Virus record (IMG/VR): IMGVR_UViG_2061766007_000583
From: an uncultured virus (IMG/VR IMGVR_UViG_2061766007_000583)
Taxonomy: Duplodnaviria; Heunggongvirae; Uroviricota; Caudoviricetes
Direction: 5' to 3' (one strand)
Length of the DNA stretch: 64,000 nucleotides
The translations under genes and the position numbers were made by a program. A model generated the notes under the pieces. It was given only the letters and a program-made list of their open reading frames with translations. It was not told the DNA's origin and searched no databases. The first letter of the stretch is position 1, and every line of letters begins with the position of its first letter. Below are positions 19,700 through 28,741 of this stretch, piece after piece.

Positions 19700-20086
19700 T
19701 TACTCCTTTATGTCATTTTCATATTTAAAATCCGAAATGATATCAGTTATATCGAAAACAATCTGCATATCATCATAATCGGTACAAAGTTCTTCTTCTA
19801 TTTTTCTTAAAGCGTTTAATCCACTGACTGCAATATTAGTTAATTTAGCATTATAATCATTCTTTGCTTTAATCATTCTAATTGTTGCATCAATAGGATT
19901 AGGTTTTTCATCTTCAAATATATTTAACATTCTACTTATTTTTTCTGAATCGTTAATATCTGAATATAAAATATCAATAAGTTTAATAGAATTTTCTACT
20001 GCTTCTTTTGCATTAGGTTTCATAGCATCATTTGCAGTCATTTGATATAAACAATCTAATATAAGTTTTGTGTTTTTAGCCTTCAT
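19700..20086 (-). CDS. Hypothetical protein
   Basis: AAGGAG RBS, own promoter. Confidence 0.65.
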   Translation of the reverse strand: MKAKNTKLILDCLYQMTANDAMKPNAKEAVENSIKLIDILYSDINDSEKISRMLNIFEDEKPNPIDATIRMIKAKNDYNAKLTNIAVSGLNALRKIEEELCTDYDDMQIVFDITDIISDFKYENDIKE

Positions 20087-20150
20087 AATTTTTTCTCCTT
20101 TCGATTATGGTGATATTATATCATATAAAAAAGGCTTTGTCAAGCCTTTT

Positions 20151-23100
20151 TTATTGAATAGAGAAAAGTTTTAAAATTTCTTCTGTTTCTGTAGATTCAA
20201 TCCATTCTCCATCTACAAATGTTCTTTTATTTTTAGTTTCGAAAGAACATTTTATAATATTTCCAACTTCGCATTGATGCTCTTCCCACCAACTTCTTTT
20301 AACTTTAACTTCTTTAGAATATCCGTGCTTAATTTCGTAAAGTTTAAGGAATGTAGTGCCGTATTTGTTAGTTTCAATATTGGCAACACCAAATATATTG
20401 TCATCAATTTTAGAATCAATTATATTAGTATATCCTAAATATTTTAATTCATAATGTATTTTAGTTAAATTAGTAGTAGGTTCAATATTAGTATTGTTAT
20501 AAAGTTCTTTGATTATTGCAATATTATCAAAGTCTTTAAATTGCTTGTCGGTTTCTTTTTGAGCATATTTTTTAATTATTTCAATTTCTTTATTGGTAAG
20601 TTTAGATTTACTTAATGTTTTACTTTTATAAAACTTATCATATAAATCTCTTATTGCAATTAACTGATTAATCTCTCCAAACTCTTTAAAGAAATCAATT
20701 TTGATTAATATATCAAGTTCTTTTTTATTACAACATTTGTTTATTCCAATATCATTTAACAGTTCTACAAATGAATCATAATAATTATCTTTTAAAGAAT
20801 AAAGATTATCACCGCAATCTTTCCCAATATTTTTTATTGAACTAATTGATTTATAGATAAGTTTATTATCTACATCACAACCAAATTCAGAAGTTGAATA
20901 TCTAAATTTAGGATTTTTAATAATACAACCTCTAGACTTTGCAAGTATAGTTCCATTATACAAATCTTCATCATTCTTTGCACAATTTAAAAAACTTGTA
21001 CAATATTCTACGGGATAATAATATCTAAAATATCCACATAAATAAGACATTATAGAATATGCTATAGAATGGTTAAATCCAAATTGATATGAACTTGCAT
21101 CTTCAATAACTTTTAAGAATGCTCTTGCTTCTTCTTCTGCTATTTCTCTAGGTTTATCTGATTTACTGCAATATCCATCTAATATTTTGGGTAAGGCTTT
21201 ATTTAATTCGTCTACCTTTTTTCTACCGATTGCTCTACGAACTTGGTCTGCATCTGAACCACTAAAACCACATATTTGTTGTAAGAAAGCAATCGTATCT
21301 TCTTGATATACTAACCAACCATAATTGTTCTTTAATAATTCATCAATAATTTTTGAAGGATTATGGTTAGGTATTTTTTGTAATAATTTATCACGATATG
21401 ATTCTCCGCTAGGTCTAATACAAGCATTAACTAGACTCATATCAAATACGCTAGTACATTTCATTTTACTTAAACAATCACCAGCAAATTGTGATTCAAA
21501 CTGAAATATACTTGTGTGGTCTTTAGTCATATCTTCATAAACCTTTTGGTCATTAAAATCTATTTCATTAACTCTAGGATAATGTTTACCCAAAAGTTTA
21601 CAAGTTTTATCTATAACACCAACTGTCTTTAAACCTAAAATATCATATTTTACTAATCCAATATCGTGACAACAATCCATATCCAAAGGTAATATTTGTT
21701 GTCCATCTGTACCTAAAAAAGCACCGCAAAAATCTATTAAATTGATTGGACTTGCAATAATTCCCGCAGGGTGTTGTGATTGAGATACAACGCAGTTACA
21801 TAATCCATCATAATAATAAAATAAGTCTGAATATTCTTCTCTAACATTTTCAGGATTTTTTTCATACTCTTTTTTAATTTCTGCTATTTTATCAAGAGTA
21901 TAAATTGTATTATCTTTATATTTAACTCTAAAGGCTTTACCTAACATATCTATAACAGACTTATCTGCCAAAGTACCCATTGCTAAAACATATCCTGTTT
22001 TTTGAGTGCCAAATCTATTTATAATATAATCATAAACCTTTTGTCTATCATCTTCATACCAATCGGTATCAATATCTCCAATTTCAACTCTATGTTCATT
22101 GCAAAATCTTGAAAAGATTGTATGCCATATAATAGGGTCTACATCTGTTATATTAGACATATAAGCGACAGTAGAGCCAGCAACTGAACCTCTTGCTGAA
22201 CCAGTGGCAATATTATTTTCTTTAGCCCAACTCATAAGTTCTGACATAAATAACATAAATCCAATCATATCGGTTTTCTTAAAAACCTCCATTTCTTCTT
22301 TAATGTTATCTATGTATTCTTGTTTTTTATCTTGCAATAATATACCATCTTTAAGTTTCTGCTTAAAATTGGTTCTTAAAATATTCCAAAATACTTCTTC
22401 ATCTTTTTCTCCATAAAGATATGGATATTTATTATGAGTATCAATAATTAACTCTTCACAACTGTCTGCCATAACATTGGTATTCTCAATTGCTTCTAAT
22501 ACTACTTCTATAGGCAAAGAATCTTGAAGTTTAAACATATCTACTAATTCGTCATAAGACTTATAAGTTAAATCACATTTATTTTCTTCATCTTCATCTT
22601 TTCCCCACGTTCCATCTGTTTTACCATATTGTAACATTAAACGGCATTCTGCTTTATAATTATTAATACTATGAGTATCAGTTCCAACAATCAAAGGTTT
22701 ATTAAATCTCTTTGACATTTTATATAGATACTGATTAAATTCAATTTGTTCTTCATTATTATGATATTGAATCTCATAATAATCATAATGTTTTAATAAT
22801 TTTACAAGATTATTTTTCTGTTCTTCTGTATAATTGTTTTGAATCTTTAATCTATATCTATTTAATGGACTCTGTAAACAAGCCGATATTTTAATTACAT
22901 TATCACTTATATTTAAAAATTCTTCAAATGAAATTCTATGTTTATAATATGTATGGTCTTCTTGATAAGATTTACGAAATAAATTATTTATTTCAACAAA
23001 ACCATCATAATTTTTTGCAATAAGAACAGTATGGTAGTTGTCTCTAATCTTTTCATCTAAAGTTTCTGTAATATAACATTCAATTCCGTGTAGATATTTT

Positions 23101-23276
23101 ATTCTATTTTCTTCACAAAGTTTCTTTTTTTCAAACCAATTAAATATGTTTCCGTGTTCTGTAAAACACAAAGCAGTTTGACCTAATTCTTTTGCCTTTT
23201 TAACATATTCTTCAGGTGAAGTGCAAGAATCTAAAAGTGAATAATATGTATGTACGTGATATGGTGTATAATTCAT
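20151..23276 (-). CDS. dnaE: DNA polymerase III alpha subunit (family C)
   Basis: PHP HVHTYYSLLDS, TEHGN, RGSVAGS, DIDTD, HPAG, KYDILGL, YQE, FNHSIAY. Confidence 0.96.
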   Translation of the reverse strand: MNYTPYHVHTYYSLLDSCTSPEEYVKKAKELGQTALCFTEHGNIFNWFEKKKLCEENRIKYLHGIECYITETLDEKIRDNYHTVLIAKNYDGFVEINNLFRKSYQEDHTYYKHRISFEEFLNISDNVIKISACLQSPLNRYRLKIQNNYTEEQKNNLVKLLKHYDYYEIQYHNNEEQIEFNQYLYKMSKRFNKPLIVGTDTHSINNYKAECRLMLQYGKTDGTWGKDEDEENKCDLTYKSYDELVDMFKLQDSLPIEVVLEAIENTNVMADSCEELIIDTHNKYPYLYGEKDEEVFWNILRTNFKQKLKDGILLQDKKQEYIDNIKEEMEVFKKTDMIGFMLFMSELMSWAKENNIATGSARGSVAGSTVAYMSNITDVDPIIWHTIFSRFCNEHRVEIGDIDTDWYEDDRQKVYDYIINRFGTQKTGYVLAMGTLADKSVIDMLGKAFRVKYKDNTIYTLDKIAEIKKEYEKNPENVREEYSDLFYYYDGLCNCVVSQSQHPAGIIASPINLIDFCGAFLGTDGQQILPLDMDCCHDIGLVKYDILGLKTVGVIDKTCKLLGKHYPRVNEIDFNDQKVYEDMTKDHTSIFQFESQFAGDCLSKMKCTSVFDMSLVNACIRPSGESYRDKLLQKIPNHNPSKIIDELLKNNYGWLVYQEDTIAFLQQICGFSGSDADQVRRAIGRKKVDELNKALPKILDGYCSKSDKPREIAEEEARAFLKVIEDASSYQFGFNHSIAYSIMSYLCGYFRYYYPVEYCTSFLNCAKNDEDLYNGTILAKSRGCIIKNPKFRYSTSEFGCDVDNKLIYKSISSIKNIGKDCGDNLYSLKDNYYDSFVELLNDIGINKCCNKKELDILIKIDFFKEFGEINQLIAIRDLYDKFYKSKTLSKSKLTNKEIEIIKKYAQKETDKQFKDFDNIAIIKELYNNTNIEPTTNLTKIHYELKYLGYTNIIDSKIDDNIFGVANIETNKYGTTFLKLYEIKHGYSKEVKVKRSWWEEHQCEVGNIIKCSFETKNKRTFVDGEWIESTETEEILKLFSIQ

Positions 23277-23341
23277 ACTTCTACTCCTTATGATATAATA
23301 CCTATATTATATCATAAAAGACTACTTTTGTCAAGTAGTCT

Positions 23342-23620
23342 TTAATATTTTGATTTTATAATTGTATCTGCATATTTAACAGTATCAAAACAATCGTCCA
23401 TATCGTTAATATGCGGATATTTTTCATAGCCTTCTTCGTAATTGCCTGCTCTTATTCCGCATTCCAACTCAACAAGTAATTTACTTCTGTCTATTAAATC
23501 ACCGTGTTGTTTTGGAAGCGGTATGCCATTTTTGATTACATTAAAATTCATATCGTCACTATTCTTTATACGCTCATAATCTTCTTCAGATATTCTAATA
23601 ATTAATTCTATATCTGCCAT
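23342..23620 (-). CDS. Hypothetical phage protein (PLPKxHGDLIDR family)
   Basis: NGIPLPKQHGDLIDR; paralog of 23768. Confidence 0.7.
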   Translation of the reverse strand: MADIELIIRISEEDYERIKNSDDMNFNVIKNGIPLPKQHGDLIDRSKLLVELECGIRAGNYEEGYEKYPHINDMDDCFDTVKYADTIIKSKY

Positions 23621-23767
23621 TATTTACTCCTTATTTATCTTCAATACAACTTCTCCAAATACTGTCTTGTATCGAATCTTCTAAATTCCATTCATCTTCA
23701 TAGTCTGGATATTCGTCCATTTCTCTATCGTAATCGTCTTTATTCCAATCTGGTATATTTAACATTT

Positions 23768-24067
23768 TCATTCTCCTTTATCTGCTTCCACTACTGTTGG
23801 TTCTTCGGCTACTTTTATTGCGGCTTCTTTCAAGCCTTGCGAAAATCTTTCATCGAAAGCATCTGTATGCTCTCCACCAAAAAATTTACTTGCTGTTTCA
23901 AGTCTCGCAATCATATGGTCTCTGTCAATTAAATCTCCGTGTCCCTTTGGCAAAGGTGTACCATTTTTAAGTGCATTTTCGAGATTGAATCTCACAACCT
24001 TCATACCTTGACCATTGCCAGTAAATAATTTATAAACATCTTCGTCTATATCAATTATAAGTTTCAT
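23768..24067 (-). CDS. Hypothetical phage protein (PLPKxHGDLIDR family)
   Basis: NGTPLPKGHGDLIDR. Confidence 0.7.
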   Translation of the reverse strand: MKLIIDIDEDVYKLFTGNGQGMKVVRFNLENALKNGTPLPKGHGDLIDRDHMIARLETASKFFGGEHTDAFDERFSQGLKEAAIKVAEEPTVVEADKGE

Positions 24068-24135
24068 TGTTTGTTCTCCTTTGGTATAATGTCTTTAATC
24101 ACAATATCTGCATCCATAAGATATACTAAATCATT

Positions 24136-24327
24136 TTAGTCAAATGGACACACATAAAAATTTTTTAGACTTACATATATCGGTTTAGCAGGTACACATC
24201 TTATATCTTTTGCTTTTACAAAATATTTTCCTTCCTTGCTTATAGTATAACCTTGTACTTTAAATATCTGTCCATATTTTATATCTTTCAATGCGATTAA
24301 ATTAGGTTCTTGTATTATTAAAGCCAT
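24136..24327 (-). CDS. Hypothetical protein
   Basis: GGAG RBS. Confidence 0.55.
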   Translation of the reverse strand: MALIIQEPNLIALKDIKYGQIFKVQGYTISKEGKYFVKAKDIRCVPAKPIYVSLKNFYVCPFD

Positions 24328-24719
24328 TATTTATTCTCCTTTTTTTCAAAATATTTACAAGCATCATCGTCTTTATCACAATATGTGATTCTACTGTTTT
24401 CACACCAACAACCTGTATCAACTTCACCTGTTTGACTGTCTACTGATATTCCAAAATATTTACATTCAATACATTTATTGCAAATCAATTTATTATCAAA
24501 TTCTTCATAGGCATCTTCAAACCATTCTTCGTGATTCATTCCTTCTTCACACTGCGGATATCCTTCTTTGCATACTTGTTCATAGCAATTTTTATAACTT
24601 GCACAATCTCTACAAGTGAATCTATCATAAGGGTCGTAATCCATACATTCCCTACGCATATTAGATTTAAATTCGTCATAATCAATTGCACCGCATTTAT
24701 ATTCGCTATATGCACTCAT
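24327..24719 (-). CDS. Cys-rich acidic hypothetical protein
   Basis: Many CxxC pairs; AGGAG RBS. Confidence 0.65.
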   Translation of the reverse strand: MSAYSEYKCGAIDYDEFKSNMRRECMDYDPYDRFTCRDCASYKNCYEQVCKEGYPQCEEGMNHEEWFEDAYEEFDNKLICNKCIECKYFGISVDSQTGEVDTGCWCENSRITYCDKDDDACKYFEKKENK

Positions 24720-24875
24720 TGATTTCTCCTTTATTTAAATAAATCATTAAAGACACCACAATAATACATTGCTAATAAATCTTCTTCATCTTCTTTTTCT
24801 TTGTTTATTGCAATATTATTTTCTTCTTTTTCTTTTATTTCTTTAATTGATTCTTCAAGAAACTCTTTAAAATTT

Positions 24876-25679
24876 TTAAACATTTTTATTTTTCCTAAAT
24901 TCTTCTAATCTATTTCTACTATATTCAACTTGTGCTTCACTTATTTCTGAACCATAGCAATTCATACCTAACTCTTCACAAGCAATAGCAGTAGTACCAG
25001 AACCCATAAAACAGTCATATACAGTGTTTCCTTCTTTAACATACATATTTAATAACTGTTTGCATAAATCGCTTGAATAAGTGGCTTTATTTAATTTACA
25101 AGCCCCATCATTATTCTTTGCTTCTACAAAATTAAAATAATTCTTATAAAATGTCTGTCCATTTTTACCTATAGAAGAAACTTCTTTATTCATATTAAAT
25201 GTTTTAATTTCATCTTTACGGCAAAATACAAATACATCTTCTACGATTCTTGTTAATTTATTAGGTGATACATTATTAGGCATTGCCGAACTTTTCTTCC
25301 AAATAATTCTATCAGCAACTGTAAAATTAGTATTTCTAATAATATCTGCAATAGATAACCACATAGTGCCTAAACTATTTGTATTAACAGTGCAATCATT
25401 TCCATATGATACATTCCAAAGCACAACACCATTTTCAACTAATATCTTATCAAATCTATTAAATAAATCTACACACCAATTGCAATAATCATCTTGAGTG
25501 CCTAAATCAAAATAAACATCATATCGTGCTTCACGATTCTCCATACTTCTTTCACCATTATTTTTTCTAGAAGTATTATAAGGTGGACTTGTGAGAATAA
25601 CATCTACTTTTCTATTCCACTGTACCATTTTATCCATTGTATCTTTACAGTCTTCATTAAAAAATTTAATGTTCATCAT
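24876..25679 (-). CDS. Amino DNA methyltransferase (beta class, SPPY; N4-C or N6-A)
   Basis: ILTSPPYN catalytic motif before DCFMGSGTT SAM motif. Confidence 0.9.
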   Translation of the reverse strand: MMNIKFFNEDCKDTMDKMVQWNRKVDVILTSPPYNTSRKNNGERSMENREARYDVYFDLGTQDDYCNWCVDLFNRFDKILVENGVVLWNVSYGNDCTVNTNSLGTMWLSIADIIRNTNFTVADRIIWKKSSAMPNNVSPNKLTRIVEDVFVFCRKDEIKTFNMNKEVSSIGKNGQTFYKNYFNFVEAKNNDGACKLNKATYSSDLCKQLLNMYVKEGNTVYDCFMGSGTTAIACEELGMNCYGSEISEAQVEYSRNRLEEFRKNKNV

Positions 25680-25857
25680 TTTCTGCTTCTCCACACATCA
25701 TATCACATAATTCTTTGTCTTCTTTATTCTGCCAACAACCAATTTCAAAATCTGACATCAACTGTTCTCCTTCACAAACTCCAAAAGGACAACTAGGTTT
25801 ATTACAATGTACGCAAGTTCTACATTCTTTGATTTCTGTTTCTCCATTCATTAACAT
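25666..25857 (-). CDS. Small Cys-rich hypothetical protein
   Basis: CRTCVHC; GAAAGG RBS; promoter upstream. Confidence 0.55.
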   Translation of the reverse strand: MLMNGETEIKECRTCVHCNKPSCPFGVCEGEQLMSDFEIGCWQNKEDKELCDMMCGEAENDEH

Positions 25858-25931
25858 ATTTATTAATTCCTTTCTTAATTTGATAGCAACATTATAACAT
25901 AAAAAAAGTGGTTTGTCAACCACTTTTATAA

Positions 25932-26355
25932 AATATTTTATAGAATAGTAAAACTTCAAAATAAAATACTAACTAATTTTATTGGTTATTACAATATCAA
26001 AGATATTTAAAAACCAATGTAATAATGCCGAAACATTATTTAACATAAAACACTTAAAGTGTTATAGAATTTAATTAATATCCTCTGCCAAACTAATGCA
26101 TTGTGATACGCATCTTGTATCGTGAATTGAAGAATTTATGAATTAACTAACTGATATATAACATATTTAGTATAGTGATACGAATATCGTATAACGAGCA
26201 TTATAGAACTAATTCTATAATCCAATTTAATCATCATTATACTTGTTTTTATATTCAAAACAGTTTTTAGTAACTGTAAACTATATAATCCATACTTCGT
26301 TATATTGAAGCAGTTACATATTTTAGTTATTCATTTTACTATTCTATAAAATATT
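25932..26355 (-). ncRNA. Candidate large structured ncRNA closed by a 22-bp perfect inverted repeat
   Basis: AATATTTTATAGAATAGTAAAA (25932-25953) and its reverse complement (26334-26355); many internal hairpins; no substantial ORF. Confidence 0.6.
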
Positions 26356-26362
26356 CTATTAT

Positions 26363-26502
26363 CAAGTAGATAGAGATTTGCACTCTATATGATAGGCAAT
26401 GCGTATGCGTGGCTCTTAACCTATCTATATCAACGCTTATAGTGTCTACTTTAGTAATACTTATGTATACTTAAATATTACAATCTATTCCACCACTACT
26501 TA
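26363..26502 (-). ncRNA. tRNA-Leu-like RNA with inserted domains
   Basis: TAAGTAG/CTACTTG acceptor, TGGTGGAATAG...GTAGACAC D-arm with hairpin insert, ATAGAG-TGCAAAT-CTCTAT T arm. Confidence 0.6.
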
Positions 26503-26505
26503 ATA

Positions 26506-27108
26506 TTAAAGATTATTTAAGATGTCTTCGAGACTATCTTTAATGTTGAATTTAGGTTCGAAATCAACATTAACTGTAACATTTAACTTATCAATTAAGT
26601 TAGATGTATCATCAGTCTGTTTTGACAAGGTATTTGCCATACCTTTAGTTTTCTTTCTATCAAAATTGATAGTTTCTACTGTTATAGTAGGAAACTTATA
26701 AGACAACTGTTCTCCGTTTACATTAAATTTATAATCAACGGCAGTTCCCTTTGATTCTGAACTTTTGATAGTGTTCATGTATTCCAAAGCATCAATGAAA
26801 CTTGATTTAAATTTATTAATTTCAAGTTCTGCATCAATATCTTCAGAGATTTCAGATTTAACCTTACTAATTGCACGAGTAATAGACTCTTTTTCTGCAA
26901 TGATAGTATCAATTAAATCTATTACCTTATTAATATCATATTCACTCTTAACGATTTCTGATTCATCAGCCTTATCGTTATTTGCTGATGAATACAAATA
27001 CTTATATTCTTTCTGTGTAATATTATCTCTGCTACGAAGAAACATAACAAGGTCAGTTTTTAATTCTGCTAAATAATTTTGGTATCTAAATGCTTCTTTA
27101 AGAATCAT
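26506..27108 (-). CDS. Helical/coiled-coil protein of unknown function flanked by ncRNAs
   Basis: 200 aa, MILKEAFRYQN start, FNVNGEQ..Y motif, AAGGAG RBS. Confidence 0.8.
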   Translation of the reverse strand: MILKEAFRYQNYLAELKTDLVMFLRSRDNITQKEYKYLYSSANNDKADESEIVKSEYDINKVIDLIDTIIAEKESITRAISKVKSEISEDIDAELEINKFKSSFIDALEYMNTIKSSESKGTAVDYKFNVNGEQLSYKFPTITVETINFDRKKTKGMANTLSKQTDDTSNLIDKLNVTVNVDFEPKFNIKDSLEDILNNL

Positions 27109-27146
27109 AGTCTTAATCTCCTTATAATTAACTCTTAATAACGAAA

Positions 27147-27252
27147 CGGCAGAGGTTGGATTTGAACCAACAAGATTTTTTTACATATGATTATTATAAT
27201 CCTTGCATTAGTCAGCCACACTAATCGCCTTTACCATTTTGGCTACTCTGCC
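27147..27252 (-). tRNA. Atypical tRNA or tRNA-like RNA (apparent GGC anticodon, very long variable arm)
   Basis: GGCAGAG/CTCTGCC acceptor, D arm with TGGTA, TTAGT-GTGGCTG-ACTAA, GTTGG-TTCAAAT-CCAAC. Confidence 0.65.
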
Positions 27253-27264
27253 TTATATAAAAAT

Positions 27265-27412
27265 ATAAAGGTCATTCTCGGCTTTCGCTCAACTTATTTA
27301 ATGGATAGCCATCCCCATCTTTATTCGGTTCTCTTTAGTTTTAGAATTAATGTACACTCTTCTAAACACATTATTCGAAGGTTCTTTACTTAAAAAGAAC
27401 ACGAGCCTTTAT
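27265..27412 (-). ncRNA. Candidate structured RNA at 5' end of RNA operon
   Basis: ATAAAGG/CCTTTAT closing stem; GTTCTTT/AAAGAAC, TTTAGAA/TTCTAAA, ATGG/CCAT stems. Confidence 0.45.
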
Positions 27413-27425
27413 ATTTTATATTTGT

Positions 27426-27454
27426 ATTATATCATATTATATTTTATTTGTCAA
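27426..27454 (-). promoter_or_regulatory. SigA-type promoter for RNA/protein operon
   Basis: TTGACA-17-TATAAT with extended TG. Confidence 0.8.
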
Positions 27455-27469
27455 CAGTTTTTTAAAATT

Positions 27470-27706
27470 TTATTCAAAAAAATCAAATATTGAAGGATAT
27501 GTCCTTGAATAATTATAATCTTTTTCAAAGTTTTTAAGTAGATTATAATAATTATTCCAAGCATCATTTACTTCTTTCCATCTTGCTTCTTTTTCATCCT
27601 TTAATTTTTCTCTCTTTTCTGCATCTTCAGCAAGAATCTTTTCATATCTTTCTGCTTCCTTTTTGTCTGTAAATGTTTTGTTATTAACCTTATAAATAAC
27701 TTCCAT
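27470..27706 (-). CDS. Hypothetical coiled-coil protein
   Basis: AAGGAG RBS. Confidence 0.7.
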   Translation of the reverse strand: MEVIYKVNNKTFTDKKEAERYEKILAEDAEKREKLKDEKEARWKEVNDAWNNYYNLLKNFEKDYNYSRTYPSIFDFFE

Positions 27707-27750
27707 TTATATCATCTCCTTTTTTATTTTGTTTACATATTATATCATAT

Positions 27751-28740
27751 TTATTTCATATTGTCAATATAATCATTTAAAAAAATTACTTTTTTATTTA
27801 TTTTATCATATAAGTAAGTTACTGAACTAGGGTCGGATATACAAAAATCTGCATACATAATAGACCTATGTAAATCTCCACTATCATCATAAATTCCTAT
27901 ATTATTCTTCTTATACCAATTTACTAATTCTAAATATTGATTTAATAAATGTGGTCTTAAATTTTGTATTGTAGCAATCATCAAAGGATGTGGTCTCCAC
28001 CATAAGATATAATTTTCGTTATTGTAATATCTATCTATAATTTTTGCTACTTTATTTAAACTTTCTGTGTCGTTTAAAAATGGTTTAAGACTTGTATTTA
28101 ATACTACAATCTTCTTATTTCCGATTAACTTTTTCCATTTTCTAGGTAGTTTAAAATCTTCTTTTTTACTAGATAATACTTTATCATATTTGGGAGAACC
28201 AAATACAAAAAATTTACCACTAAAATCTAAATTTTTATTATAAACTTTTAAGAAATAATCGTGTAATATTTCACAACAAGCATCTCTACAAAATTCATTC
28301 TCTACTACCACCATATCCGAACAAATAATTCCATTAGTTACTGAAGCGTTTGCATCAATAGTATAAGGAACACTTGCGTATGGAATATATACTAAACAAT
28401 CACATAATTTATTTAAATGACAATTCCAAAATTTAGGGTCTAGTTTAGTTACTAAATTATCATCATCATAAGGATTATTGTTAAACATAATATCATAATG
28501 TTTATCTGTATTTGTTAATACTTTTCTTTTAACTAACTTCCTTAATTGTTTTTTATCAGTTGAAATATCTTCACCTTTTCTATAATAAGGTGCGATAATA
28601 TCTATTTTCCAACCTTTTTCCTTTGCTAATAAATAAATACTTTCTAAACTATCCCACATAGAAGCATTATAACAAATAAATCCTACTCTTTGTTTGTATA
28701 AAGGTTCTATTTTATTTATAATTTGTTCTGCACAAGTCAT
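27751..28740 (-). CDS. GT-B fold, CDP-glycerol glycerophosphotransferase-like protein
   Basis: WDSLESIY, NPYD, YIPY, GSPKYD, WWRPHP, ADFCISDPSSV. Confidence 0.7.
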   Translation of the reverse strand: MTCAEQIINKIEPLYKQRVGFICYNASMWDSLESIYLLAKEKGWKIDIIAPYYRKGEDISTDKKQLRKLVKRKVLTNTDKHYDIMFNNNPYDDDNLVTKLDPKFWNCHLNKLCDCLVYIPYASVPYTIDANASVTNGIICSDMVVVENEFCRDACCEILHDYFLKVYNKNLDFSGKFFVFGSPKYDKVLSSKKEDFKLPRKWKKLIGNKKIVVLNTSLKPFLNDTESLNKVAKIIDRYYNNENYILWWRPHPLMIATIQNLRPHLLNQYLELVNWYKKNNIGIYDDSGDLHRSIMYADFCISDPSSVTYLYDKINKKVIFLNDYIDNMK

Positions 28741-28741
28741 A

